DNA from: an uncultured Bacteroidales bacterium
GTDB lineage: Bacteria; Bacteroidota; Bacteroidia; Bacteroidales; CAIXZF01
DNA length: 64,000 nucleotides
Assembly (NCBI GenBank): GCA_964608665.1
Contig: CAZSQJ010000002.1
Span: 3,508-67,507, forward strand
Direction of reading: 5' to 3'
Shown here in pieces: positions 1 to 9,306 of the stretch (the first letter of the stretch is position 1; every line of letters begins with the position of its first letter). The notes below the pieces were generated by a model that worked only from the letters and a program-made list of their open reading frames with translations, searched no databases and was not told the origin of the DNA. The translations under genes and the position numbers were made by a program.

Positions 1-112
1 TCTTCATTAGCCAAGTTGCGAAGAAGGCTTATATTGCAGGTTCCCGGGATGGCTTTACCGGGTTTTTTCTTTCATTCACCGATTTTAGCTTTCACAGAGA
101 AGTCTGTGCCGC

Positions 113-120
113 TACTTTTG
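113..120 (+). promoter_or_regulatory. Bacteroidota-type -7 promoter box (TACTTTTG)
   Basis: Exact TAnnTTTG match 12 nt upstream of the ATG at 132. Confidence 0.45.
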
Positions 121-131
121 CCCTGTCAACG

Positions 132-890
132 ATGAAGTTTAAACTAAAAAATAATTGCGTCATGGAAATTCAAAGAACTGATGAAAGGGAAGACAAACCG
201 AGGTGTTCGTCCAGGCCCAAATCCTATATCTTCGGACTGCTTGTACTGCTCTTCGGGGTATTGTTACTGATGAGAAACACCGGTGTGATCGACCGCGAAG
301 TATGGCGGATATTCTTCTCATGGGAGATGCTGCTGATTGCCATCGGCCTGATCAACCTGTTCGACCGCAGCCGTCCGCTGGGGATTATCCTGATCATGAT
401 CGGATCAATATTTCTTATACCGGATGTCTTTCATATCAGCATGAACATTCACCATGTACTGTGGCCTGCCGTGCTGATCGTGATAGGCTTGTTCATCATT
501 TTCGGCCACGGCCGGCGGAAGCACCAGTTCAAAGTGACCCATTCGGAAACCACCGACGACAGACTCGATGAAACAGTGGTGTTTGGCGGTACCGAGCGGA
601 TGATCATCACACCAGCATTCCGTGGCGGAGAGATTGTGAATGTGTTCGGGGGCAGCAAGATCAACCTCACCCAGTCGAAACTGGCCGATGAAGTCCAGGT
701 ATTGGAGGTGACCTGTGTTTTTGGAGGAACTACGCTCATCGTTCCGCCCGACTGGAACATAAAAATAGAGACTACCCAGATATTCGGAGGTTTTTCAGAT
801 AAAAGGGGGAATATCCCGGTAGATCATAGCAAAACCCTGATTATTAAGGGAGTGACAATATTTGGCGGCGGAGAGTTAAAACTCTTCTGA
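132..890 (+). CDS. LiaF-like membrane protein (N-terminal TM helices plus C-terminal repeated FGG domain)
   Basis: Several hydrophobic helices are followed by five hydrophobic-FGG repeats (VVFGGTE, NVFGGSK, CVFGGTT, QIFGGFS, TIFGGGE), as in LiaF/DUF2154-type domains. It lies directly upstream of a LytS-type kinase. Confidence 0.6.
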   Translation: MKFKLKNNCVMEIQRTDEREDKPRCSSRPKSYIFGLLVLLFGVLLLMRNTGVIDREVWRIFFSWEMLLIAIGLINLFDRSRPLGIILIMIGSIFLIPDVFHISMNIHHVLWPAVLIVIGLFIIFGHGRRKHQFKVTHSETTDDRLDETVVFGGTERMIITPAFRGGEIVNVFGGSKINLTQSKLADEVQVLEVTCVFGGTTLIVPPDWNIKIETTQIFGGFSDKRGNIPVDHSKTLIIKGVTIFGGGELKLF

Positions 891-929
891 TCACTCCAAG
901 GGGCAATTCGGAAAACTGCAGTCAGCGCC

Positions 930-2003
930 ATGATATCAAGGATATTTCAAAGCCGGAACCTGATCGCTTACGCCACCGCCTGGGTAGTAGTGATGTTTGT
1001 TCACTTTCTGCTGTTATTGCTGATTTACAGGCTCGATGCCTTGGATGCCCTGGCCGACAGCCTTGTTTACAACCTTTGCTTCGCGCTGATCGGTATCGGA
1101 TTGTGGATGATCGTGGAGTTTACCGGAATGGCCGGTAAAACCGTCAGGGAGTCCTGGGTTCAGTATCTGACGATTGGCGTATTGTCGGTGTTTGTCTGGG
1201 ATCAGGGAAGCAGCGGACTCCTGGTGTTGCTCCGGCAGGGGAATGCGGATTACCTGGCTTTTCTTGAAGAGACCCGGACGATGCGGATCGTAAGCGGGGC
1301 ATTGTATTATCTCATCCTGATGGCCGTGCTGATCATCCTTGTGAGCCGGCGGACACTGCTGCAGCAGAAGCAGCGGGAGAACCTGCTGCTGGCTCAGTTA
1401 CGCGAGGCTGAACTGAATATGCTCAAATCACAGATCCGCCCGCATTTTCTGTTCAACAGCCTGAATTCCATCAGTGCCCTCACGCTTGACGACCCTGAGA
1501 AAGCCCGTGAAATGGTGATCAAGCTCAGCGACTTCATGCGTTATTCCCTGACTTTCCAGGGGGAGAGCATGAGCACCCTGTCCAGTGAGCTGTATCATAT
1601 CAGGTTATTCCTCGACATTGAAAAGGTCAGGTTTGGAGACAGATTGCAGGTTGTATACGACATATGCGAAACATGCGGCGACTGGCCCCTGCCTTCGATG
1701 ATACTGCAACCTATGATTGAGAATGCCGTGAAATATGGTGTTTACGAATCCACCCGACCTTCCTGGATACGGGTAGAGGCGGAGCAAGTTTCCCCCATGA
1801 TGATGCAGGTCAGGATCAGGAACCCTTTCGATGCCGAAACGAGCGTGAAGCGGGGCACCGGTACCGGGCTGGCCAATACTTCCAGACGCCTGGACACAGT
1901 GTACAAGATCCCCGGCTTGTTGTCATCCGCAACGAAAAACGGTATTTTCACCATCCAGATAAACTTCCCGAAACATGGAAAAGATCAAAGCGATCATCAT
2001 TGA
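930..2003 (+). CDS. Sensor histidine kinase, LytS/YehU type
   Basis: Polytopic N-terminus, H-box LKSQIRPHFLFNSLNSI, and ATPase boxes ENAVKYG and GTGTGLAN. It overlaps the downstream regulator gene by 29 nt. Confidence 0.85.
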   Translation: MISRIFQSRNLIAYATAWVVVMFVHFLLLLLIYRLDALDALADSLVYNLCFALIGIGLWMIVEFTGMAGKTVRESWVQYLTIGVLSVFVWDQGSSGLLVLLRQGNADYLAFLEETRTMRIVSGALYYLILMAVLIILVSRRTLLQQKQRENLLLAQLREAELNMLKSQIRPHFLFNSLNSISALTLDDPEKAREMVIKLSDFMRYSLTFQGESMSTLSSELYHIRLFLDIEKVRFGDRLQVVYDICETCGDWPLPSMILQPMIENAVKYGVYESTRPSWIRVEAEQVSPMMMQVRIRNPFDAETSVKRGTGTGLANTSRRLDTVYKIPGLLSSATKNGIFTIQINFPKHGKDQSDHH

Positions 2004-2718
2004 CGATGAACCCCTTGCGAGAAAGATCATTGCGGGCTATCTCGCCGGTGAAGACGATATTGCATTGTGTGGCGAGTGCGAGAACGGTTTTGATGCGATG
2101 AAGATGATATCGGCCACACAGCCCGACCTGCTTTTCCTCGATATTCAGATGCCGAAGGTGGATGGTTTTGAGTTACTCGAGGTCATGCCTGCGGGGCCTG
2201 AGGTGATCTTTACCACGGCATACGACCAGTATGCCATCAGGGCTTTTGAGAACAATGCCGTGGATTACCTGCTGAAACCCTTTTCAAGGGAGCGCTTTCA
2301 ACAGGCGCTGGAGAAGGTAAGGCAAAGGATGACTGCCGGCAGGCGGGAAGGGATTCATGCCTTGCAGCAGCAGCTGGATGACAGTAAAACCGATCTCAGG
2401 CGTGTGGTGGCCAGGGTTGGATCAAAAATCCATGTGATCCCGGTTGAAAGCATCCGCTTTGTGGAAGCCCAGGACGATTATGTGATGATCCACAGCACCT
2501 CCGGCAATTTCCTGAAAGAGAAAACCATGAAGTATTTTGAGCAGGCCCTGCCCCAGGAAGATTTTCTCCGGATTCACCGCGGATGCATTCTGAACCTGCA
2601 GTATTTACAGTCGGTTGAAGCCTATGCCAAAGACACCCACCTGGCCATTTTAAAAAGCGGTGAAAAACTCAGGGTCAGTGCCGAGGGTTATAAACGCCTG
2701 AGAGAGAAGCTTTCTTAA
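1975..2718 (+). CDS. LytTR-family response regulator
   Basis: Receiver domain (IIDDEPLAR, LLFLDIQMP) plus a C-terminal LytTR DNA-binding domain (YVMIHSTSGNFLKEKTMKYFE, FLRIHRGCILN). Confidence 0.9.
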   Translation: MEKIKAIIIDDEPLARKIIAGYLAGEDDIALCGECENGFDAMKMISATQPDLLFLDIQMPKVDGFELLEVMPAGPEVIFTTAYDQYAIRAFENNAVDYLLKPFSRERFQQALEKVRQRMTAGRREGIHALQQQLDDSKTDLRRVVARVGSKIHVIPVESIRFVEAQDDYVMIHSTSGNFLKEKTMKYFEQALPQEDFLRIHRGCILNLQYLQSVEAYAKDTHLAILKSGEKLRVSAEGYKRLREKLS

Positions 2719-2775
2719 ACTCCGTTTCGGATAAAAAAAATTTTCAATCATTCATGGGGCGAATGATGACTTTCC

Positions 2776-2783
2776 TAAATTTG
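2776..2783 (+). promoter_or_regulatory. Bacteroidota-type -7 promoter box (TAAATTTG)
   Basis: Exact TAnnTTTG match 41 nt upstream of the ATG at 2825. Confidence 0.4.
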
Positions 2784-2824
2784 TCATGTATTCGGGATAG
2801 GTTTCATCTTATAAAACTCAAAAC

Positions 2825-3601
2825 ATGCAAAAGAGATTTAGCTTTTTGCTGGTAGTCATTATGGCCGCTTTTCTGATCACGCCAGAAAATGAACTGTTAG
2901 CAGGTTCGCCCGGGAAAAATCAGGCCGGTCAGCCTGCAGTGCTGCAGCCTGCCGGAGAAAGTGGCGCATATCTGGAAACGCTGAACACCATGAAAAAACG
3001 GAGAAAAAAGCGCAAAAAGGGCAAGAGCCGCAGCAAGGGCGGAGGTACAGCCTTTGATCAGGGCGTTTCCGTGATCAGCCTGGGTTATGGTTTCCCTAAC
3101 CTGAACAAATCGGTATTCAAAGTGTATAAAAGCTATCTGGGTTACAAGGTGGAAGGATCGGGGCCATTTCATGCAAAATTCGAATACGGCATCACTGAAA
3201 GTCTGGGCATCGGCCTGAGTATCAATACAGTGAATGCCAAGGCATCCTGGAAAGACACCTATGAAGAATTTGATACCGTGACCTTTCAATACGTTGAGAA
3301 AGAATATACCGAGGGATTCAAATATTTCAGTCTGGCTGCCAATATCCGGCTGAACTACCACTTCGTTACGAATGAAAACCTGGATGTTTATGCGGGATTG
3401 GGGTTGGGTTACAACAATGCCAAATACGAATACTTTTCTGACTATGAACTTTCACCAGTGCTCAGCCTGAGCAGCATTTTCCCGCTTGGGTTCGAGATCA
3501 CGGCAGGTTTGCGATACTATTTTACACCCAATATTGGCATTTACGTAGAAAGCGGTTTGGCCAAATCGGCATTCCAGGGGGGCCTGGCCATTAAATTCTG
3601 A
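2825..3601 (+). CDS. Outer-membrane beta-barrel protein with a polybasic N-terminal linker
   Basis: Signal peptide, alternating beta-strand pattern rich in aromatic and Gly residues, and a C-terminal aromatic residue (GGLAIKF). A KKRRKKRKKGKSRSKGGG stretch precedes the barrel. Confidence 0.6.
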   Translation: MQKRFSFLLVVIMAAFLITPENELLAGSPGKNQAGQPAVLQPAGESGAYLETLNTMKKRRKKRKKGKSRSKGGGTAFDQGVSVISLGYGFPNLNKSVFKVYKSYLGYKVEGSGPFHAKFEYGITESLGIGLSINTVNAKASWKDTYEEFDTVTFQYVEKEYTEGFKYFSLAANIRLNYHFVTNENLDVYAGLGLGYNNAKYEYFSDYELSPVLSLSSIFPLGFEITAGLRYYFTPNIGIYVESGLAKSAFQGGLAIKF

Positions 3602-4367
3602 TGTCCTGCGGGTGGGCAATAAAATAATACTCCCTGCCTGAGCGGAAGCATTCTTCCAGTGCATTGGCGCTGAGCGTGGGTTTCTTTCTGAGATAATCTT
3701 TCAGCAGCGAAATCTGCAATCCGGTTGCAGTGATCAGTTCATGCATCATGGCAGGGGTTACCCCATAGCAATCGGCTGCTCCGAGACCAAATTCGAAGAT
3801 AATGAAGGGCTTATCCCTTGTGATCATTTCCCTTGCACCCCTGATGACGGCATACTCAGCTCCTTCCACATCGATCTTCATGAAACCGATCTTCACCGTC
3901 TGATCCAGGAGCTGATCCAGCGGGACGGCCTCCACGGCAATTTCCTGTATTAAAGGATTCTTAATGTCGTATTTCCTCTTTTTCAGTCCGGAGTAGGCAG
4001 GTGCATTCAATACGTACTGAAAACTGACGGTTTGATGCACATCGCTCAGGGCATAGGGCATGATATGCACGGCCTTTCCCGGATATTTTTCTTCGAGCTG
4101 CCGGCTGAATTCAGGAATGGGTTCAAAGGCCCAGTGGGTCCCTTTTGGACATAATTTCAGGATCACATCCAGGATTTCTCCTTTGTGGCATCCCACATCG
4201 ATACAGCAGGAATCAGGCCTGAGGATGCGTTTCATGATCCGGAGGGTGAGCCTGTCGTACTGCTGGTTCCTGGTCAGATCGAGGTGCAGGATGAACAGCA
4301 GTTTTTTAAGGATGTGCTTGATTCTTTGGTGCATACATTGTTTTGCCGTAAGGCTGAAAAGCTGCAA
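3591..4367 (-). CDS. FkbM-family SAM-dependent methyltransferase
   Basis: Motifs CIDVGCHKGE and FMKIDVEGAEYAVIRG are typical of the FkbM (Methyltransf_21) family. Confidence 0.75.
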   Translation of the reverse strand: MQLFSLTAKQCMHQRIKHILKKLLFILHLDLTRNQQYDRLTLRIMKRILRPDSCCIDVGCHKGEILDVILKLCPKGTHWAFEPIPEFSRQLEEKYPGKAVHIMPYALSDVHQTVSFQYVLNAPAYSGLKKRKYDIKNPLIQEIAVEAVPLDQLLDQTVKIGFMKIDVEGAEYAVIRGAREMITRDKPFIIFEFGLGAADCYGVTPAMMHELITATGLQISLLKDYLRKKPTLSANALEECFRSGREYYFIAHPQDIRI

Positions 4368-4403
4368 AGATACCCAATCCGTCGGAACTTCCTTGTCGTG
4401 ATT

Positions 4404-5042
4404 TCAGTGTTTATAAGGTAATTCCCCTGCTTTGACGGAAATTTCCAGATCATTTTCTTCCGGGGGGATGGGGCAGGAGTATTTGTGGTTATAAGCGCAG
4501 TAGGGATTAAAGCAGGTGTTAAAATCGAGCAGAAGACGGTCACTTTCAGGGATTTGCAGTTCCATGAACCTGCCTCCGCCATAGGTTTCCCTTCCTGATG
4601 TTTCATCGGTGAAAGGCATGAAGAGGTAATGCTCATAGCCGGGTTTCTGGCTTAATTCGACCGGCTGAAAGACAGTGAGGCTGCATTTCTTCCCCTGCAG
4701 GTTGAAATGTAGTTTTCCGTATATTCTGTATTCCGGCCTGCGGTCTGTGGTGGTTTTCATCCTGATGACGGGCGGATCCTGGTTCCTTAACAGCTCAGCC
4801 ACGGTGCAGAAGGTTGTATCGTAAGGGTAGTACTCCAGTCCTTCGAAATATTGCATATCATCCGCTGTGAGGGGAGATTTCCCGGGGATTTGGAATTCTT
4901 TGTCCTTTTGCACTCTTTGTTCCATGACGGTGGTCAACTGGTTTATTCGTGCCGTGTCATGAATTGTAAAGATCTGAGCTTCAGAGCTTAAAATAAGGAA
5001 AAGGAAGAATGGCAGCAGCAGACGGCGCATGTTTCTTTTCAT
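4404..5042 (-). CDS. DUF1684 domain protein (secreted)
   Basis: Signal peptide plus the conserved block ETYGGGRF...LDFNTCFNPYCAYNHKYSCPIPPEEN characteristic of DUF1684. Confidence 0.75.
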   Translation of the reverse strand: MKRNMRRLLLPFFLFLILSSEAQIFTIHDTARINQLTTVMEQRVQKDKEFQIPGKSPLTADDMQYFEGLEYYPYDTTFCTVAELLRNQDPPVIRMKTTTDRRPEYRIYGKLHFNLQGKKCSLTVFQPVELSQKPGYEHYLFMPFTDETSGRETYGGGRFMELQIPESDRLLLDFNTCFNPYCAYNHKYSCPIPPEENDLEISVKAGELPYKH

Positions 5043-7740
5043 GCAGTAAGTATTTTGGGAGCAAAAGTAAGCCTAATGATTGCAGCTTCTTTGTTCCTGA
5101 AGAAAAAAGCGGGGGCTGGTAGGAAGCATTTACATCTCCGAAGCAGCAGGCTGAAATCAGGGGGGTCACGTCCTGGCCTGATACCGCGATGGTGGCCGTA
5201 TCCGTGAAGTACCAGTTTCCTGCCGGGAAGGCATTGATGACGCCGGCCCAGCGTCTCATCACCAGCAGGGCATCGCCTGCGTTGATTGTCCCGCTGAGAT
5301 TGACATCCGCAATGGTAACCTGAAAGGGGGTGAAAGGTTCAAGGCCGACGGAATACCTTGCCATCAGCAATGCATCCACAGTATTGGCGCCTCCCCAGGC
5401 TTTTGCTGTTGATGCCTGCAGCTTGTAGTTACCGTTTTCCAGGCAAACGAAGCGGAAAACACCGGCGGGATCGCTCAGGGTGGAATCCAGCAGGTTCTCC
5501 TGGGCGTCATACAGACGGATTTTCGTGTCGTTCATGGGGGATTGCTGGGTGTTTGCATAAGTAACGGTTCCGTTGATAACGGGTTTGCTGATGAGCGTCA
5601 GGGTTTGTGTAGCCGTTCCGGTGCACCCCTGAGAGTTGGTATAGGAGTAAAACACCGTGTAGTAGCCGGGAAAGAGTAAAGCCGGATTGAAATAGCCGCC
5701 CGAGACGCCGATACCCATATAATTGCCCCCCGGAGGAGATCCGCCTGTCAGCAGCAGGGGCGGGCCCTGTTTGCATATCTGGGGTAAGGGCTGCAGGCTC
5801 ACCACCGGAAGGGGTTTGGCCGTGATCATGACTGCATTGGTCTTTGCGCATCCGGTGGCTGTAATGGTTTCGGTAAGATAAAAGGTTGTGCTTGCTCCAA
5901 TGTATGCCAATGGATTAGAAATGAATGAGGTAAATCCCGGAGGAGCAGATGTCCAGTGATAGGTGTTTCCACTTACAGGTAAGACCCCTAGCGATATAAA
6001 ACTTCCTGTGCAGGCACTTTGCGGTGGACCGGTATTGGCCTGGGGCAGGGGATTCACGGTGATTGTAACGGACCCGGTTGCCGGGCAGCCGTGATCCGAA
6101 GTGACAGTCAGGAAATAGGTTGTGGTGGTCTGTGGACTGACAGGCGGATCAGCCAGGGTGGAAAAGAAGCCGGGGGGCAGGGATGTCCATGTGTAGGTAT
6201 ATCCGGGCAAGGGAGAATTTCCCAGAAAATGGGTGTTTCCCAGGCAGATGGCGGCTGCCGGGCCGGTGTTTACCACGGGTGGCGGATATACCGTGATTAT
6301 GACGGAGTCGGTTTTGCTGCAGTTGTTAGCGGGATTGGTTTCGCTGAGGTAGTATGTTGTGCTGACCGGGGGTTGAACCACTGGATCGGAGACAGATGAA
6401 AAGAAGCCCGGCGGATTGGATGTCCAGCTGTATGTATTCCCTGGTACCGGCGGTCCGCCCAGGTTTGCAGGATTTCCGGGGCAAACACCCTGATCATCTC
6501 CTGCGAAAGCGGTTGGAAGCGGATTCACCGAGATCATGGTTGAATACGTGCTGGAACAAAGGTACTGGTTGGTAACGGTCAGATAGTAAGTGGTTGATTG
6601 GATGGGTGATACGAGGGGGTTGGAAAGGTTGGACTGGAATCCCGGAGGATCTGACGTCCACTGGTAAGTGTTCTGGGGATTGGGAATGCTGCCCAGGGGT
6701 ACGGAGGATCCCAGGCAGATCGCTGCACCGGGTATGACAAAGGCATAGGGAACAGGCAGGATGCTTATTGTGACCGAGTCCGAAGCCTGACAGCCTGCCG
6801 CAGAAGTCACTGTAAGGAAATAGGAAGTAGTGATGACTGGAATTACAAATGGATTTGGAAGGGTTGAGGTGAATCCCGGCGGTTTGGAGGCCCAGAGGAA
6901 GGTTTCGCCCGCTTGTGCCAGGCCGCCGATCACGATCCCGTTGCCCTGGCAGATACTGGTATTGGCGATAATGTCGGGCTGGGGGAGCGGATTGACCGTA
7001 ACCTGGGTAGTGACCGGGCCGAGGACTAGGGTTCCGACCGTTACCGTGAGTTCGTAAGTGCCGCCGAGAGCTGCAGGGATTGCGGGAATCTGTGGGTTTT
7101 GCAGATTGGAAACGAAACCGCCGGGCCCTGTCCATGCGTAGGAGCCGCCCTGGATGAAACCTGCCGTGAGCTGCAGGGTGTCGCCCTCGCACAGTGGGCT
7201 GTTGTTGCTTACCAGGGGGGGCAGCAGGCAGTTCATGGTACCGGTTCCCGATGTCTGGCTGAAGGTGATCTCACATGGCTGCCTCGAATAGTTGGTGATC
7301 AGCAGGACATAGTATTTTCCGGTGATTACCGCAGGAAGATCACAGGTTTCATAGCAGAGGGATGAATAGCTGCAGTCGATGACCTTGCTCTGGACAAGTC
7401 CTCCGTTGCAGGCCCCTCCCAGGGAATCGAACGGGCCCCAGCAGATAAAGTCAATGTCTACACAGGCGACAGCATACATATAGATATGAATATCTCCCGG
7501 ATCACCCGCTTCAAACCAGAACCAGGCAGGGTCGGGCTGGGAGGCAAGACAGCCATAGTAAGGTCCGGACTGTGCAAGATTATTGCCGGTCCATGCCTCG
7601 TAAGTGTATGATTGTCCTGAGCAGATCCGGGTGGCCAGGCTGCAGGTGTGGTTAGGGTATGGGGCCTGACCGCTAAGCACGAGGTGCAGCAGGACAAAAA
7701 TCACAGACCATGTGGTGGTCTTTGGGAAAAACATGTCCAA
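4981..7740 (-). CDS. Large secreted protein: Cys-rich N-domain, about 7 Ig-like repeats, CarbopepD-reg-like domain and dockerin-like module
   Basis: Signal peptide (start at 7740 or 7734). Repeated unit NPLP..G...C.G....LG....GNTY.WTS.PPGF.S....P.V.P..TTTYYLTVT. The C-terminal segments GGANTVDALLMARY and DVNLSGTINAGDALLVMRR resemble dockerin type I repeats. No T9SS sorting domain is recognisable. Confidence 0.7.
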   Translation of the reverse strand: MDMFFPKTTTWSVIFVLLHLVLSGQAPYPNHTCSLATRICSGQSYTYEAWTGNNLAQSGPYYGCLASQPDPAWFWFEAGDPGDIHIYMYAVACVDIDFICWGPFDSLGGACNGGLVQSKVIDCSYSSLCYETCDLPAVITGKYYVLLITNYSRQPCEITFSQTSGTGTMNCLLPPLVSNNSPLCEGDTLQLTAGFIQGGSYAWTGPGGFVSNLQNPQIPAIPAALGGTYELTVTVGTLVLGPVTTQVTVNPLPQPDIIANTSICQGNGIVIGGLAQAGETFLWASKPPGFTSTLPNPFVIPVITTSYFLTVTSAAGCQASDSVTISILPVPYAFVIPGAAICLGSSVPLGSIPNPQNTYQWTSDPPGFQSNLSNPLVSPIQSTTYYLTVTNQYLCSSTYSTMISVNPLPTAFAGDDQGVCPGNPANLGGPPVPGNTYSWTSNPPGFFSSVSDPVVQPPVSTTYYLSETNPANNCSKTDSVIITVYPPPVVNTGPAAAICLGNTHFLGNSPLPGYTYTWTSLPPGFFSTLADPPVSPQTTTTYFLTVTSDHGCPATGSVTITVNPLPQANTGPPQSACTGSFISLGVLPVSGNTYHWTSAPPGFTSFISNPLAYIGASTTFYLTETITATGCAKTNAVMITAKPLPVVSLQPLPQICKQGPPLLLTGGSPPGGNYMGIGVSGGYFNPALLFPGYYTVFYSYTNSQGCTGTATQTLTLISKPVINGTVTYANTQQSPMNDTKIRLYDAQENLLDSTLSDPAGVFRFVCLENGNYKLQASTAKAWGGANTVDALLMARYSVGLEPFTPFQVTIADVNLSGTINAGDALLVMRRWAGVINAFPAGNWYFTDTATIAVSGQDVTPLISACCFGDVNASYQPPLFSSGTKKLQSLGLLLLPKYLLHEKKHAPSAAAILPFPYFKL
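5581..7227 (-). repeat. Intragenic tandem coding repeats (about 78 codons each, best conserved at 5812-6993)
   Basis: Five well-conserved and two divergent copies of the PPGF/TTTYYLTVT unit are visible in the translation (aa 172-720). Confidence 0.75.
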
Positions 7741-7827
7741 TCCTCCACTCCAAAGTTACGAAAGATTTTTAAGAACTATAAAAAAACGGGGAAATTCAGT
7801 GATAATCCGGCAGGAATGGCCCGGGGC

Positions 7828-8691
7828 TCAGTCACCTGAAGTCCCGAGCAGCAGGATCGCCATGATGGCCAGGCCGATGCCGAGGATATTGAATTTGCTG
7901 AGTTTCTCCTTAAAGAACAGGCTTCCTGCGAGTGCTGACAGCCCGACGATACTGACATTCAGCAGGGGGACAAAGACACTCACGTCATAGATGCTGAGTC
8001 CTTTGAGAAAAAACAGCGTGGAGAACCAGTTCAGCAGGCCCAGGATGATGCCTGCGACCAGGGTACTGCCCGTAAACCTTCCCGTACGCTTTTTCCCCTG
8101 GAGGAAGAAGACCAGCAGGCCGATCCCCAGGCAGAAGAGGAAAGCGGTGGCGAGAAAGAGGGTGAAGTCGTTGGTGATGTAATAGTGCTGGGCTGCTTTG
8201 AGCAGGGAATCGTTTGCCCCCTGGGTCAGGAAGAGGAAGAAGGGGAGGAAGAAATACACACTTTTAACGGATTTTTGTTCCCTGCCGGAGTAAAATGTCA
8301 GGAAAAACGCGGCCAGCGCCATAATGATCCCGGCTATCCTCAGTGCACCGAGGGTTTCATTAAAAATGAGAAATCCGAGAATGACAGGAATAATGACCGA
8401 CATTCGGGCGGAGATGGCTGTGATGGTAATGCCAACCCTGGCTGCGGAATGGGCAAAGAGGTTAAACCCCAGGATCAGAAGCACTGCGGCTGCGATGGAT
8501 ACCGTGAACCAGGGTTTTTCGGGGATCATGACGAGGGAGGTTGTGCCTGCTTCCTGCACAAAGCCGAAGGCGGCAGCAACTGCATAGTTTACGATAATGG
8601 CAGGCAGGATATGCACCCGGAAACGGTCGAAGAGGTTAAACGCAATCAGGATGGAGGTGGAGGTCAGAACGGCAAGCAGGAGGTAGATCAT
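7828..8691 (-). CDS. DMT/EamA-like 10-TM transporter
   Basis: 287 aa, about ten hydrophobic helices in two halves. The family call rests on overall resemblance only. Confidence 0.55.
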   Translation of the reverse strand: MIYLLLAVLTSTSILIAFNLFDRFRVHILPAIIVNYAVAAAFGFVQEAGTTSLVMIPEKPWFTVSIAAAVLLILGFNLFAHSAARVGITITAISARMSVIIPVILGFLIFNETLGALRIAGIIMALAAFFLTFYSGREQKSVKSVYFFLPFFLFLTQGANDSLLKAAQHYYITNDFTLFLATAFLFCLGIGLLVFFLQGKKRTGRFTGSTLVAGIILGLLNWFSTLFFLKGLSIYDVSVFVPLLNVSIVGLSALAGSLFFKEKLSKFNILGIGLAIMAILLLGTSGD

Positions 8692-8971
8692 GGCGAAAAC
8701 AATATCATACAGGATATCAATCCTTAAACGTGTAATCCCTGGTTGAAAAAGCAGTCAACACTGCCTTCACGAATATTCCGCAATTGGATAATCCCTCACG
8801 GATAGTGCATGAGGCAGTATGCTGGTTGACCGGGTTAAAAGTACACCGAAAAAGCATAGGAAGGTGTTCCTTCCCGGAAAGAAGAAAAAGCATGAGTGAT
8901 GCATGTTTGTCATCAACAAAGCAGTGAAAAGGAATCCATAGGGATTGAATACCAACCAACAGGGACAACAG

Positions 8972-8987
8972 CGATGTGACACATCGG
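8972..8987. repeat. Solo half copy of the CGATGTGnCACATCG palindrome family
   Basis: CGATGTGACACATCGG is 16/16 identical to the left arm of the palindrome at 25580-25595. It is itself a 7-1-7 palindrome. Confidence 0.8.
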
Positions 8988-8997
8988 GATACCAACT

Positions 8998-9306
8998 TTA
9001 GAAGTCAAGGCTCAATGTTAAATGTCCTCCCAGCCCTTCTCTGACAATTCTCATTAAAGTTGTAAGCCGGATATCACTTGCATTATTTTCAATCCTCGAA
9101 ATATAATTCTTGGTTGTACCCGCTTTCTCTGCAAGTTCCTCCTGAGTCATTTTCCTTTGTTTCCGGGCTTCCTGAATCAGCACACCGATCTTAAATGCCT
9201 CAAACTCCTCCTCAAATTTTTCACGTGTGGCTGTGCCTTTTTTCCCGTATTTTTCGTCAAGGTGTTCGTCCCAGTCTACTGTTTTATTCTTTCCTTCCTC
9301 TTTCAT
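8998..9306 (-). CDS. XRE-family HTH protein, HigA-like antitoxin
   Basis: HTH_3 signature MTQEELAEKAGTTKNYISRIENN. Its start is overlapped by the reconstructed end of the upstream toxin gene. Confidence 0.8.
   Translation of the reverse strand: MKEEGKNKTVDWDEHLDEKYGKKGTATREKFEEEFEAFKIGVLIQEARKQRKMTQEELAEKAGTTKNYISRIENNASDIRLTTLMRIVREGLGGHLTLSLDF

Noticed and set aside
203-760. 122-aa plus-strand and 103-aa minus-strand ORFs overlapping the first gene
   Set aside because: They are alternative frames of the LiaF-like gene. Only the 132-890 frame shows TM helices and the FGG repeats.
5812-6993. Regularly spaced DNA repeats of about 235 bp, considered as a CRISPR array or a DGR target
   Set aside because: The repeats are in frame and encode Ig-like domain units of one long ORF. 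There are no unique spacers, no reverse transcriptase and no template repeat.
6494-7192. 232-aa minus-strand ORF in another frame of the Ig-repeat gene
   Set aside because: The translation is Arg/Pro/His-rich and typical of an off-frame reading of a Gly/Thr/Pro-rich gene.
8717-8995. 92-aa and 71-aa minus-strand ORFs in the spacer upstream of the transporter
   Set aside because: There are no motifs, the composition is poor, the two frames overlap each other, and no promoter box is present. I treated the region as noncoding.
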